A stretch of DNA of 64,000 nucleotides from Chiloscyllium plagiosum (lineage: Eukaryota), in the NCBI RefSeq assembly GCF_004010195.1, contig NC_057752.1:9433323-9497322 (forward strand), in the 5' to 3' direction. This document shows, in pieces, positions 25,211 to 38,869 of the stretch. The position numbers and the translations under genes are program-made. The notes beneath the pieces were generated by a model. It ran no database searches, had not been told where the DNA came from, and saw nothing but the letters and a program-made list of their open reading frames with translations. The stretch's first letter is position 1. Each line of letters starts with the position of its first letter.

Positions 25211-26169
25211 ACAGGCATGTGACAAGAATGCAAGTGTAAAGTTGGAGTACAATGTACAATTCTGGTTGCCCAGCTGTAGGAAAGATGTTGTTAAATTGGA
25301 AAGTGTAAAAAGCCAAGTCTTAAGTCTTAAGGTTTGAGTTAAGAATAGGCTGGGACTTCTTTCCCTAGCATGTAGGAGGCTGAAGCGTGACCTTTTTATT
25401 GAGGCTTTGAAAATCACAAGGGGTATGGATAGGGTGGATAGCCAGGTCTTTTTCCCAAGTTAATGGAGCCCAAAACTAGAGGGCATGAGTTTAAGGTTAG
25501 AAAAAATTTTAAAAGGGACATCAGGGATAACCTTTCTACCAAAGGATGGTGTACATGGAACAAGCTGAGACTAGGTGGGTACTATTGCAACATTTTTTAA
25601 TAAATATTTTAATTGGACAATTATAACACTTAAAAGGCATCTGGATGGGTCCATGGACAGAAGGGTTTAGAGACATAGACTAATTTGGAAAAGGGATTAG
25701 TTCAACTTAGAAACCTGGTTGGTTTGGGCTGAGGCTGTTTACATGCTATATGTTCAAGATTCTTCAACTGTTTCTGGAAGTTGGAGATTTTCAAGAATAG
25801 GGAAATAGTGTAAATATGAAGTCAGACTTTTCAGGAGCATAGTGAGGAAACCTCTATGTAAAAATGATGCACATTTGGAATTCTTTCATAAATGCTAATA
25901 GATGCCAAATTGATTATTCCTTTTAAATCTGAGATTGATAAGTTGTTGCTTTCATATTTTTTTTTTAAAAAAGTTAGTGCGTGGAGTTGAATCACAGATG
26001 AGCCATGATCTTATGGAAGGGTTAAATGACCACCTATTCCTCTTTGGTCACAATTTTGACTGCTTCTATTAAACATTCCTAATTCTGTCGAAGGACAACA
26101 ATCCAGCTTCTGTCTCTCCACAGAAAAGATGGGGGGAAAAAACAATTCTATCAGAGGTTATCCAACAGG

Positions 26170-26700
26170 GCACTAAGAAAAGACAAGTGGAGTGAACACA
26201 GTACTCCACTTGGTCAAAGGGACAGTTTTTAAGAGACTTGCAGGAAGAGAACACATCTGAAAGACAGATGTGTGTAGGGAAAGAGTTCCAGAGCTTGTAC
26301 CTCAACAACTGAAGGCACAGTCACAATGGTGTATAAAGTACAATGGGGAATGTAGAGAGTCCAGAAGTAGAGAAGCACCTATCTTGCAGCATTTTTTTTT
26401 CTTTTGCAAGAGATTATAGAACTAAGAATGAAGATGTTAATGAACAGAGGGATAAGAGAATATGGAACTTGCTGTGAGTTTAGACAAGAATAGCACTGTT
26501 TTGGATGACCTAACACTTTTTTTTTTTTTTACAGAGCAAAATGTGAAGGACCAGCCAGGAATGTGTTGAACAGTTAAATAGAGACAATAGCCATGAAGGT
26601 TTCAACAGCAGATGAGTTGAGCCATGGGGAAAAATCAATTGTTCTGGAGATGGAAATAAGTGGCTTTAGGGATGGCACAAAGACTCCTTTCAATGGAGTG
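26170..26700 (-). mobile_element. Old L2-type LINE fragment
   Basis: gtagggaaagagttccagagcttgtacct...; related to 830-1720. Confidence 0.5.
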
Positions 26701-27679
26701 TTGCTGGATTCTTTTTTTTCTCTTTTTCCCCCCCACCAACCTGACCTCTGAACTTGGTACCACTCAAACCTTGAATTTGGACATTTCATTGACTTGAGAC
26801 AATATATGCTGTGTCCCTTTTCTTTCCAGGTATTAGCCAATGCTCAGGCAATTTCTGCCATACACTGAGGCCTCAACTGGCAGCACCCTCTCTCACACCT
26901 CAATACTTTGGTAAAATAGCAGAGATTTAATTGTCTCCTGATCCATTTGCCCTTAATCTGGGAACATTAAGATCAACAATTGCATTAGTATTACCTCCCA
27001 TGGCCAGTGAGATTAGTTAACTTGGCACAAACATTTGGGTGTTGGACCTTTTTTTAATTAACAAACCACACAATGCATTTACCCACAACTGTCAAAGTTG
27101 CTTGCTGAAATTATTTTTGAGGAATGATTCAAAAAGTTCAAGAATCCCTTTCACAAATGAATAATGAAGGACATTGCATTCCTACAATGTTTGTTACATT
27201 TCTCAATATGAAGCAAGCTTTTAAAGATGAGAAATATGAAGAAATTTTATGGCTTATGTTTAGAGGAGGCTTTTAGATCAGATACTTAGATGGATTTCCA
27301 TCTTCAATGACATTATAAATGGAGATAGGAGGCACACTCGGGTATAATCTTACTCCACTGAATTGTTCTGATTTTAGCAAATAATATTTTGCAGAGTTTA
27401 CTTTCAGGTGTCCTTCTGGCCATCCGCTCTTAAAAGCATAAGAGCCAAACATGACTGAAATAGCTGTATCTCGACATGAGTTGTCGAGTTGACAGATTTT
27501 CTCATCAACCTGCTCAGATGTTGAGACATCTAAAGCAGATAGAACTTGAGTACAGGCCTCAGATCTTGAGGTAGGGACACTACCATGGCACAACAGCCCT
27601 GAACATTTTTAAAAATTAATCTGCTCACAGACCACCAGGGTAGATGAGAATTGAACGAAACCACTAGGGTTTGCTTTAA

Positions 27680-28386
27680 GAAAAAAGGAAGCATATGTCA
27701 GACACAGACTAAATTAGATCAAGTGAATCCTTTTAAGAGTATAAAGGCAGTAGGCGTATACTTGAGAAATCAGGAGAGCAGAAAAGAGACGTAGCTTTGG
27801 AAAATAGGGTTATGTAGAATCCAAAGGGTTTTTACAATGTGTTAAGGACAAAAGGGTAACTGGGAGAGAATAGGGCCCCTCAAAGATCAGCAAGATGGCC
27901 TTGTGTGGCACTGCAGGAGATGGGGAGATACTAAATGAGTATTTTGCATCAGCATTTCATGTGGAAAAGGACCATGAAGATATAGAACGTAGGGAATAAA
28001 TGGCAACATCTTAAAATCCTCCATTAGAGGAAGAAGTGCTGGATAAATCCCCGGATCTGATCAGGTGTACCCTAGAACTGGGAAGCTAGGGAAGTGAATG
28101 CTGGGCCTCTTGCTGAGATATTTGTATCGTTAATACTGACAGATGAGGTGTTGGAAGACTGGAGGTTTGTTAACATGGTGCCACTATTTAAGAAAAGTGC
28201 TTTAAAAGCAATCCAGGGAACTATAGGCCAGTGATCCTGATGTTGGTGGTGGGCAAGTTGTTGGAGGGAATCCTGAGGGACAGGATGTACATGTACTTGG
28301 AAAGGCAAGGACTGATTAGGGATAGTCAACATGGCTTTGTGTGAGAAATCATGTCTCAAACTTGAGTTATGGAAAGCAAATCTTAG
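27680..28386 (+). mobile_element. CR1 ORF2 fragment
   Basis: EILNEYFAS, EDWR..NMVPLFKK, GKLLEGILRDRMYMYLERQGLIRDSQHGF. Confidence 0.8.
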
Positions 28387-28722
28387 CACTACATTGGACA
28401 AATAGGTAGAAAACTAGCCACCAGGATACATGAACATCAATTAGCCACAAAATGACATGACCCTCTTACTAGTATCCTTACAGATGAAGGACACCACTCT
28501 GACTGGGACAACATCAATCCTAGGACAAGCCAAACAGATGAGAATTCGTAGAAGCATGACATTCCAACCAGAACTATCAACAAACAGACTTGGATCCCAT
28601 TTACCACCCTCACCTGAGAACCGGAAATGACATCACCAACCCAAATATAAATAGAAAGCAGGAATCAGCAATGCTTTGTCTGGAGGTCACTGAAGATGTT
28701 ACCTCATATGGTAATGAAACAC
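28387..28722 (+). mobile_element. Penelope-like element, Poseidon type: GIY-YIG end plus family B hammerhead remnant
   Basis: HYIGQIGRKLATRIHEHQLATK*HD...DWDN..ILGQAK...INK..LDPIY; then CTGAAGA-t-GTTACC-tcatat-GGTAAT-GAAAC at 28690-28720. Confidence 0.75.
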
Positions 28723-28724
28723 TA

Positions 28725-28855
28725 CATCTGGATGGGTATAGAATAGGAAGGGTTTGAAGGGTTATGGGCCAGGTGGGACTAGATTGGGTTGGGGTATCTG
28801 GTTGGCATGGATGAGCTGGACCGAAGGGCCTGTTTCCAAGCTGCACATCTCACTC
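28725..28855 (+). mobile_element. CR1 3' tail
   Basis: catctggatgggtat...ggactagattgggttgg...gaagggcctgtttcc. Confidence 0.8.
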
Positions 28856-30494
28856 TGAACCCAGTGGTAGGGGCCCAACCACTGCACCACATGAACCCCT
28901 GTCCTACTGATTGACCTGTTGAGACAATCCTTTCAATACAGTCAGGCTAGTAGGCTTTTAGTGGAATACTTAATTTGGTTTTTCACTGTCTCTAATAGTT
29001 CCTGTGGTCATGGGTACAGGCCCTTCAGACCTTGTTGTGCTGGCCTGTGAAAATAATCTGCCCATCTAACCTACACTCCATATATGGATAATAGTGGAAC
29101 AATGCCCTTAATGCAGCAAGTCTGTTAGGCATGCCATTCCATGCCCCTACTACTGAGTGAAGAAACTACCCCCAAATCTCTTGCCCCTCAATTTAAAGCG
29201 ATATGCCCTCGTGTTAGCCTTTCATCTGAGGAAAAAGGTCGACAATGAGAACTTATCTAACCCTCATTTAAGCAGCAATGAATTCTCTTCCATTTATTTT
29301 ATATATAAAATAACAAATTTCAGTGGTTTATATCGAAGCTTTTCTGCTCATCTGATCAAAGGCCCCTCAATCTAACTAATCGAGAAAATGAATTGGAACC
29401 GAGCCTTTTTGGTTGGTTTTTATTTACTGCTGTAGAATAAAAATAATCAAAACATAATCAATTTTATCTTTGTTGCTTTTTGCCTCCTTAGGTCCTCTGG
29501 TTGTGTACTAGTTGTCCAACTGGGAGGACAAACAGGCAAGATTCTGCCTGGTTTCATCATAGGGTGAGATGTTTTCACCTGGAACTGCACCCTGATAGGC
29601 CAGTCCTGATCAGGGACCTGTCATGCAGGGATTTACAAGAGTGAACTCATGAAATGTATTGCACTTGGTAATCTCAGCTCTTTGGGAATTCTGGCAAAAA
29701 ATACAGGAATGGGAAAGAAAGCTGGTAATCAAGGAAATGAAAAAATATTCTGGTTTTCTATTAACACCACATTAACAAATTGCATAACTTTCCAGTTCTA
29801 TATTACTGTGACATGACAGGCAGGGATGTGAATAGTTTCTAGCAATGAATTGCCACTGAAGTGGCTGGAACTATTCTTTCTTTGCAAAGTGACCAAAAGG
29901 TGAAATTTATTGTCTTGCAACTCGTGCATAAGCTTGTATGCTAATTCAGACTTTTTTCAGAAAAAGTCAAATGCCTGCAGAAACAACCTAACTGATTTGA
30001 CAATGCTGGATTAAACCAATGAACATGGAAGTAGAATGGTTCTGTAGATTTGAAGTGTTCAAAACTAGTGCTAGAAAGTGATTTAATAATGCTCACTCTA
30101 ATGATAGAACTAATGCTGAATGGTTTTTATTTGCCTTCAGGTTATCCAATTTACAATCGACTTAACTGTCAATTTTTTTTTAAGACTGCTAATCTAGAAC
30201 TTTTGGCATCCAGTATCAAGCAGGTACAGAACAGCCAATTACAACGTGAAGCTCTCGCCATTTTGTTATAACCTACATCCCAACCTCAAACTCAAACTAT
30301 CTCCTATGAGACAAATGGGAATTGTTCTATGCTCACCAACTATTGTACGCATTTTGAGAAATTATCAAGTGATACCAATTTAGTGAGGAATGATCGAAAT
30401 GGGATGCTGGCTTACCCAAATGAGAGAATAAAGCTAAAAAATACATGGAATGAAATCACAAGCCAAGTCTAACCGTTGGATATCTACAACGTGC

Positions 30495-31165
30495 AGATGC
30501 CAGTGTTGGACTGGGGTTGACCAGAGATTAATAAATCAACACCAAGTGATAGTCCAACAGATTACTTTGAAGTACAAGCTTTCATAGTGCTGCTCCTTCT
30601 GTCAGGTAGATAGGGCAGTATTATAGGACACAATTTTATAGTAAAAGATGTCATATAACTAGATGTATTGTACAAACCTAGATTGCTGTTATGTCTTTAA
30701 TCACTTTGGAAATGTGTATTTTGATTTAATATGTAAATCCCAGAACTACTTTCAAGTCAGTCCTGAGAACTTGAGGTCTTATTTTTAAAGTGACATCTTG
30801 GCTCAGATAATGCATTAGGATGTGCAGTTAGTCTGTATGTATCCCAACCTTGTCAGAATAATTCTAATTTGGAAATTGAATCAATAAAATGTCATATGGA
30901 CTGACTGTCTACACATTCTATTTCATTCAAAATAGAATCTATCGGCAAATGCAAATTTGCCCCATAGATATGTGCACACGAGTGCATGGGTGAGTGTATA
31001 GTGTGGTGAGGGTCACATGGTGTGACATGAACCCAAGGTTCTGATTGAGTCTGTCCTCAGCTACTAGAGTTAGCTATCAGTCTCCGCCTGGTGACTGTGT
31101 ACCCCAAAGTCTGCCTTGGACAGTCACCCAAAGATCCAAGGTTGAATATCCTTGATCGTTGAAGT
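30495..31165 (-). mobile_element. Neptune-type PLE 3' end, degenerate
   Basis: agatgccagtgttggactgggg tail; antisense to 19020-19846 (catgaaccc...ctgtcctc...agctatcagtctc). Confidence 0.7.
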
Positions 31166-31577
31166 GCAGCATTGTTATCTGTGGGCTTGAGGTAGCGAAG
31201 TATTGAGGTGCCTGTCTTGGAGATCTCTCCTAGTGAGACTTGATTGATTCTAAAGAGGAGTCCATGGTCTAGGTAGGCTATCTAGTGACCCCTGCTGGAA
31301 AGTTTGAGGCTATAATTCAACTCCACTGAGCTCCATCTGCTTGTCACAATGGAGTTGCTTGCTCAGGCTTACAGGTGGGGGGGAAAAAACAATTCAAGAA
31401 TGTAGGGTTTCCAAAATTCACAATTGTATTTCTAGTGTGAAGAATGGGAGGAGGGTGTTAGTTTTTCTCCATTCCTCTATATGCAGAGATATCTTCAGCT
31501 TTGTAGTGATTTTGAGATCCTCCTGGCTGATCTCATTACAATGAGTTCCCTGATTGAGACTTTGGGGGGGGGGACAA

Positions 31578-31732
31578 AAAACACCGGATTATAGTCAAAC
31601 AGGTTTAACTGAAAAACTAGGTTTTGGAGTGCTGCTCCTTAAAGTGCTGCCAATTAAGCCTGTTGGACTATAACCTGGTGCTAGTTTTCAAACTTTGTAC
31701 ACCCCAGTCCAACACTAGCATCTCCAAATAAT
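31578..31732. mobile_element. Old family C hairpin element
   Basis: caccggattatagtcaaacagg... inverted against cctgttggactataacctggtg, followed by tail tgtacaccccagtccaacactagcatctccaaat. Confidence 0.7.
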
Positions 31733-31734
31733 TC

Positions 31735-34130
31735 CCTGCTGATTTAGGCTGTTAACCTAGTCTAATCAGAGCCTTGGCTGACAAACAAGTGTCAGAGGGT
31801 CTGTTCACTCTGGACCTGCAGCTTTTTTGGTTTCGGAGTCTTTCCTGAGGCACCAAACACAAATTGTTTCAAGAGTTGACTTATTTAGTTAAGGAATATT
31901 ACAATTCCAAGCTCTCTCTCATTCAGAGATGCTATTGATTTTTACTTGGCAATTTGAGAACTGGGGAATCAATGTCAGGATCTTTGACTAGGTAAAAATC
32001 TTTGGCAGAGGTACGTGACTTTGGTTTAACCCTTATTGAGATGCTGAGAACCCATTTGGTATGTGGAATTAATGATGTGAACATGCTAAAGCCCAACTGG
32101 ACTTCACTCTGCAATTGTCTTTGTCATCAGAAAATGTGGCAAGTGGAGCATGATTGCAGGGTATTCTGATGGAAATGGACACCCTTGCCAAGTCAACTGA
32201 GCTTGGGGTACAACTTGAGTGCAGGCAACTGCATAGCCTAACTCTGGACGTATCCTGAACAGACTCTAGGTCAGCCCACAGCCAAGCCTCGGACAAACAT
32301 TTTCTTCAGAATCTGGGCTGGTAAGCCATTGTAGTTGCTGCCACTATGCAGACATGAGACAGCGAGTCCCATGAGACCTAAATTGAGTGAGATCTCATAG
32401 GGCAGTATCCAGGAGAGTGCATGCTCTGGAAGGTCCACCTATATCTGGTTTGGAACAGCTAATTTACTTAACATCCAAATAGAACCAATCTAGTTAAATT
32501 GTCACCCAGTTCTAATGTAGATTGATACCAGTGCAGCTCAGTGATTGCAGAACCAGTCTTTAACAGAACTCACTATGGACTCCCAGCCCTTAAGCTTAAG
32601 ACCATGACTAGACTGAACCTATACCAGGGGAACCTTTACAGATTAAGGGTCCAACTTCGGTTCTGGTCTCTTATGAGAAGCAGCTGGTTTTTTACCACTG
32701 ACTGTAGTAAAAGACTCTGGCCCAAGCTGGATGGAGGGGGGGGGGGAGAATTGGTTGAGGAAGACTCTCCTTGATTGGACCACCATTTTATGATTAGAAA
32801 ATGGCTGCCTGAGTCGTCATAAATGCCAGAAGTATTTGGGAATGTCTAGGGATGATCAAAGGAGCCAAGGCCACTTTGTTGACCAGGAAGTAATGCAATG
32901 ATTTGGCAAAGCTTGCCTGATGACATTGCTGTTACAGGCAAAAGTAGAGCCAAAAATCAGGAGGCTGGAAAGTGAAGGAATCATCAAACCAGTCCAGTTT
33001 GTGGAATTGGCAGCACCAGTCATACTGATTGTGAAACCCAGTTTGCCTTTGTGGGGATGTTAAATGGTAAACAGATTGGATAAAGATTCAATCCTTGGCA
33101 TAGAGGATTTACACACAAAGCCAGCACTGATGATGTCCTTCACTAAGCTGAACATGAGCCATGCATACTTGCAATTCCAGTTAGATAATGGATTTTCCCA
33201 GTAGTATGCTACAATTAATACCCAAAGGGTTTGTACCAATTTGAGACTGCCTTTTTGAGGTGTCTTCAGCCTGAGCCATTTTTCAGTGGGGTGATGCAGA
33301 ACATTTTACAAGGTCTACCCCAGGTTACCATTTAATAAATGTGCTCATAACCAGGAAGACCAATAAGGAGCTCTTCAAGAACTTGGACATAGTCTTTAGA
33401 CATTTTCTCCCAGGTGGTGTATTCATTTAAAAGGGAAAAATGTCTGTTCCAGGCACCCACTGTAATCTACTTTAGCTACAGTGTCAACAAGACCATAATG
33501 ACCTGTTGCAGGGTGATCAAAGGTGCCCTGGCTCCCATGTCCATACAGGAGCATGGGTTTGTCTTTGGATTAGGTGAATTATTACAAATTTCACATGTAA
33601 CCTGGCCTCCTTCCTGGCAACCTTTTTAATCTGCTATTGAAAGAGTCCACCTTGGAAATGGTCTCGTAGCTCAGGTTCAGAAGTAAGGGAAGTGGCTCTG
33701 AGTCTTAGCCCATTCTGACTTTAAACTTTCTGGACACCTTCCAGTCACTGCTGACCATATCAGACTGTGGACACAGATCTGGTCCTGGCAAAACTAAAAC
33801 AGCTGCTGATATGAGGAGAACAAGTAATCGCAACCAGAGCTGAAACACTTCTGGATCAGGTGAGACCTGTCTGATATGGTGAGCTCCATATTATGGGAAG
33901 GAAGATTGATTAGTTCTGAGTAAAGGTCACTGCCAGATACTGGCTGAACTCTACCAGAGTGATCCAGGGGTGTCCAAAATGAAAATGGTGGCTAGGATCA
34001 GATGCTGACAGCTGCATTGGTGGTGCAATGCCCAGAGTACCAACAAGGACAAAAATTACCAATAGCAGTTCCCCCACATTCACTGGATTGCCAGATTAAA
34101 ACCTGGACTTGATTTCATGTCAACTATGGG
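31735..34130 (+). mobile_element. Degenerate Gypsy-type LTR retrotransposon
   Basis: RT-like RLESEGIIKPVQF.ELAAPVI.IVKP, FTKLNMSHAYLQ, ATINT, QNILQGLP; integrase-like PGVSKMKM and QCPE.QQ; LTR-like sequence at 31735-31815. Confidence 0.7.
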
Positions 34131-34131
34131 C

Positions 34132-36610
34132 TGTGATGCTGTCATCTTTTTTATAAAGGTTATTTTGTCTGGTTTGGTTTTGAAGAGGTCATAAAAGCAG
34201 AAGTGCAGAAGAGTCTAGGTTTTAAGACTTTTTGCCTTGCTTTAAAAGCACTTGAAGGGGTGTGGCCAGTTCTCCCAGTTCAGGCTTTCTAGTTTTTCAA
34301 GCTGCAGCAATCACAAGATGTTGGAGCCCAGAAGAGTCAAGCTCCAGTAAGGATTCCTGAGTTTCTCTGAAATCATTATCAGGAGGATGATCCCTCCTGC
34401 CTGTAAGAATCTGAATTTACATTTTCTTGCCAAGAGGTATGTTTGTGGGATGTTACTGTATTGGAACAATTAATTGTTTGTTGGTTAGGTTTAAGTTATT
34501 CTAAGTTCTGCTTCCCTTATGTTTTCAACTGCTGTCGTCATCATAGAGATGTACAGAATGGAAACGTGCCCTTCAGGTCAACTCCTCCAAGCTGACCAGA
34601 TATCCCAACCCAATCTAGTCCCACCTGCCAGCACCTGACCCATATCCTCCCAACCCTTCTATTCATATGCCCCTCCAGATGCCTTTTAAATGTTGCAATT
34701 GTACAAGCCTCCACCACTTTCTCTGGCAGCTCATTCCATACACACACCACCCTCTGCATGGGGAAAAAGTTGTCCCTTGCGTTTTTTTTAAATCTTCCCC
34801 TCTCTCCATAAACCTATGCCCATAGTTCTGGACTCCCCTACCCCAGGGAGAAGACCTTGTATATTCCATTCATGCCCCTTCTAATTTTATAAACTAAGGT
34901 CACCCCTCTGTCTCCATTCCAGAGAAAACAGTCCCAGCCTATTCAGCCTCTCCTATAGCTCAAATCCTCCAACCCTGGCAACATCCTTAAATCTTTTCTG
35001 AACCCTTTCAAGTTTCACAACATCCTTCTGATAGGAAGGAGACCAGAATTGCACACTATATTCCAACAGTGGCCTAACCAATGTCCTGTACAGCCACAAC
35101 ATGACCTCCCAACTCCTGTACTCAATACTCTGACTAATAAAGGAAAGCTTACCAAACGCCTTCTTCACTATCCTATCTACCTGTGACTCTACTTTCAAGG
35201 AGCTATGAACCTGCACTCCAAGGTCTTTGTTCAGCAACACTCCCTAGGACCTTACCATTAAGTGTATAAGTCCTGCTAAGATTTGATTTCCCAAAATGCA
35301 GCACATCTCATTTATCTGAATTAAAGTCCATTGGCCCATCTGGTCAAGATCCCATTATACTGAGGTAACCTTTGCTGTCCACTGCTCCTCTGATTTTGGT
35401 GTCATCTGCAAACTTGCTAACTATCCCTCTTATGCTCACATCCAAATAATTTTATATAAATGATGAATAGTGGACCTAGCACTGATCCTTGTGGCACTCC
35501 ACTGGTCACAGGCCTCCAGTCTGAAAAACAACCCTTCACCACCATCCTGTCTTCTACCTCTTTTTTTTTTTTTTAGCCAGTTCTGTATCCAAACGGTGAG
35601 TTCACCACCTGTTCCATGAGATGTAACCTTGCTACCCAGTCTCTCATGGGAACCTTGTCAAATGTCTTACTGAAGTCCATATAGATCACATCCACTGCTT
35701 TGCCCTCATCAATCCTCTGTGTTACTACTTCAAAAACCAAGGTAATGAGACATGGTTTCCCACAAACAAAGCCATGTTGACTATCCCTAATCGGTCCTTG
35801 CCTTTCTAAATACATGTACATCCTGTCCCTCAGGATTCCCTCCAACAACTTGCCCATCACTGACATCAGGCCCACTGGTCTGTTCCCTGGCTTGTCCTTA
35901 CCACCCTTCTTAAACAGTGGCACCACTCTAGCCAACCTCCAGTCTTCTGGCACCTCACCTGTGACTATCAATGATACAAATGCCTCCGCAAGAGGCCCAG
36001 CAATTGCTTCCCACAGAGATCTAGGGTACACCTAATCGGGTTCTGGGGATTTATCCACTTGATGCATTTCAAGAGATCCAGCATTTTCTCCTCTGTAATA
36101 TTGACTTTTTTTTTCAAGATGTCACCATCTATCTCCTGATTCTATATATTCCATGTCCTTTTTTCCAGAGTAAATACTGATGCAAAATAGTCAGTATCTT
36201 CCCCCATCTCTTGCAGCTCTACACAAAAGCCACCTTGCTGACCTCCTTGAGGGGCCCTATTCTCTCCCTAGTTTACCCTCTTGTCCTTTTTAACATATTT
36301 GTTAACCCTTTGGAATCTCCTTGACTCTTTGCCAAAGCTATCTCATGTCCCCCTTTTGTGCTCCTGATTTCCCTCTACTTGAGTATACTCCTGCCTTTAT
36401 AATCTTCAAAGGATTCACTTAATCTCTCATCTATACCTGACCTATCTTTTTTTTTTAACCAAACCCCCTCTCTTTAAATAAATTCCCTTCTGCTTTTGTT
36501 GTAAAGCCAAGTGGTTTGACCAACTGCATCACACCTGGAACATCCACTTCAGATCTGTTTTTTTAAAATAAGAAAATGTTAGGTCTTGGCTACCTTATAA
36601 AAGAGACCCC
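34132..36610 (+). mobile_element. LTR-like element split by a CR1 insertion
   Basis: 34132-34535 and 36470-36610 resemble the two ends of the 9480-10124 element. Confidence 0.45.
34540..36460 (-). mobile_element. CR1 ORF2 (RT) and 3' tail, 5'-truncated
   Basis: ORFs 35573-36031, 34953-35240 and 34541-34759: VPEDWR, SQHGF, VDVIYMDFSK.FDKVP, VQFWSP. Confidence 0.9.
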
Positions 36611-37139
36611 TCAATATTTTAAAGAGAAGGGATTTTTGTGGGCTCCACATTCTTCAACTTTTGAATAGGTGTCAACCATGGAGTTGAAGGTGCATAGAGT
36701 TCATTTGTCAAATACTTGAACAACAATGATAGGAAAAAATCCAAGCATCTTTTGCAATGCATGGGCTCCTGGAAGTGTTAGTCACACAATGAACTATCGT
36801 TTATCAGCTGGCAACTCCAGTTTCCTAAAGTTGAATGGTATTTGGTAGCTTCATAGCAGGAGCAAAACATATCAGCCCCTCAACAGCCTGAAAGGCTGCC
36901 AGAACTCATGGGCTCTCCACCTCTGTCGGATATGGACATGGTGGATGTCACAGCCTCAAAGTACCACCTGATGAAGTGGATGAATGTCTTCTGAGACATC
37001 CTGGGTGCAAGAGGTTGGCTACTGTCTCCTACATGCTGCCAGTATCAGTCAGAGGAACCAGACCTGCTGTGAAAACTCCCTGGGGTGGCTACAAGAAAAC
37101 AAATCAGTCTATGTACCCAAGTTTAGAGGGGGAGGGATC

Positions 37140-38647
37140 TAGTGATGGTAATGAGGTCAGCCAGATGGACCTCTCAATGAGTTGTCTGATTGGACTAAAC
37201 AGCTCCAATCAGGGAGCCCTGGCTGACAAGTTTGTCTGCAATGTGGTCAAATCACATCATGCCTACCCTCCAGCAGAAGTAGCAGCTGTCGTCAGGGAGC
37301 CATTGCTCAGGATTCTGCACCTCCTACTCCGTGGGTTCGAGTGGCTGTTGGCGGGGCAGGCCATGGCAGTGAGGGTGACCAGGGTCTAGGATGTACTGGG
37401 TGGTGGGGCCTGGGCTGGATCTGCCACAGGATATAGTGAGCAGGGCAGCAGTAGACATCCAGTGCATGGCCACTGCCATCTGACACCTTATTTTTTTAAT
37501 GGTGGTGCTTGGACCTGACACAGTGCACCAGTTGGATGCTCAGATGCACAGTGGAATCCTATCTGCACTTACCCCTGCCTGGATGGAATTTCACATTGGC
37601 CCCAAGGTCCTATACTTCATTTGGGAACCAGTGTCCCACTACCTGAGCCATCTCTGGAATTTTAGTTTTTTGTTTTTCTTTTTGGACCTTTTAAAAAGGC
37701 AGGCCCTGTACAGGTTGCTGCACATGTCCACCTCTTCTCCCTCATCCACTGCCTGGACACACCTTGGTGTGCTGATTTTTCCATCAGGCAGTGGGGATCC
37801 CCAGTGGAGGGGTCTCTACATGGGAGTCCTTCCCCCTTTCTCTCAGGGAGCTGGGGTGGAGGGTGCTGCACGCAGCAGTCCCCTGTAACCGGATTGCAGT
37901 GGTTCACAGACTCTTAGCACAATTGCTCGTGCTGTGGACCATGTATATAGTGGGTGTGGGTGTTTTGCACTCCCATTGATTTTCTTAAACTTCCTCCTCT
38001 GTTTTTGGTTGCACTTCAGTCCCATGCTCCTGATCTTCAGGCACCTGGTATGGAAGGGGGAGGACAGGTCTGAAGACCTATGGGTCTGCTCCTGGGCCTG
38101 GCCATAAACAAACAGGTCCAGGTAGCTGGTTGTGGAGGGGGTTGTTAGGGCTGATTTGCTTGCCCCTCTCTTCTGTGGTTATGTTAGAGCCCAGGTGTCC
38201 CTGGAGAAGGAGCATATGGTATTTAGGGAGAGGTGGGCACTGCAGGGAGTGGAGTGTTATTTTTTTTTTCCCCCTCCAATTCTATTTTGATTTAATCCCT
38301 ACCCTTCACTGTTTGATCACAGTGCCCTTCACATCAAAGGGCAATGCTGCTTGTCACTAGCCACTTGGGTGTTTCTTTTCCTGGTGGTGGAAATTGAATA
38401 AAGAATCATACACCTTGTGTCCTTCCCTGTCTCTCACCTACATGCACAATATGGGTGCTGGGGAAAAATAAGCATTACTGCAATTAGGCAGTAGTGTAGG
38501 GGTCAAAAGAGGAAAAAACAATAAACCGTGTCAGACATTCTGTTTACTCTAGGCTGGCTTCCTCTGCGCTAGCTCTTAATGTCAAGTACTCTGTGTGAAT
38601 AAAGGGTGAGTTGGTGACAGAAACTAGCTTCTGTGGAGCAATTTCAA
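37140..38647 (+). mobile_element. Solo LTR split by a Tx1-like LINE
   Basis: 37140-37230 and 38528-38647 (with aataaa) together match the antisense element at 42142-42337. Confidence 0.6.
37232..38525 (+). mobile_element. L1/Tx1-like LINE 3' portion
   Basis: LRELGWRVLHAAVPCNR, LHFSP.LLIF, LLLGLA motifs; 3'UTR with aataaa and A-rich end. Confidence 0.6.
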
Positions 38648-38869
38648 GGTCTTTATACAACTAGTAGTTTTTCTCCTCAAAACTGTTGTGTGTGACAAAC
38701 AGCACCCCCTAGTACCATCAAATCTAAGAGCATACAATAATTGCAAGGGTTTCCAATCCCTTACTGTAAAGTTTAGGAATCATATAATGCAATCCTGTGC
38801 CATCCTTGGGCAGTCTTCTGTGTTGCTTGGTTACCAGTGAGAGACCTTTTGCAATCTCTGATACAATTA

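Larger units (their letters stand above)
21200..25760 (+). mobile_element. Long degenerate CR1 LINE with nested insertions
   Basis: Endonuclease motif DIVAITETWL (~21620), RT motifs (MDFRKAFDQVPH ~23620, SKFAD ~23860) and 3' tail ~25640-25760; (GGAT)n at ~21485-21527. Confidence 0.75.

Noticed and set aside
36610..37110. Possible Harbinger transposase remnant on minus strand
   Set aside because: Only faint motifs (RMSQKTF, FPG); too degenerate to support
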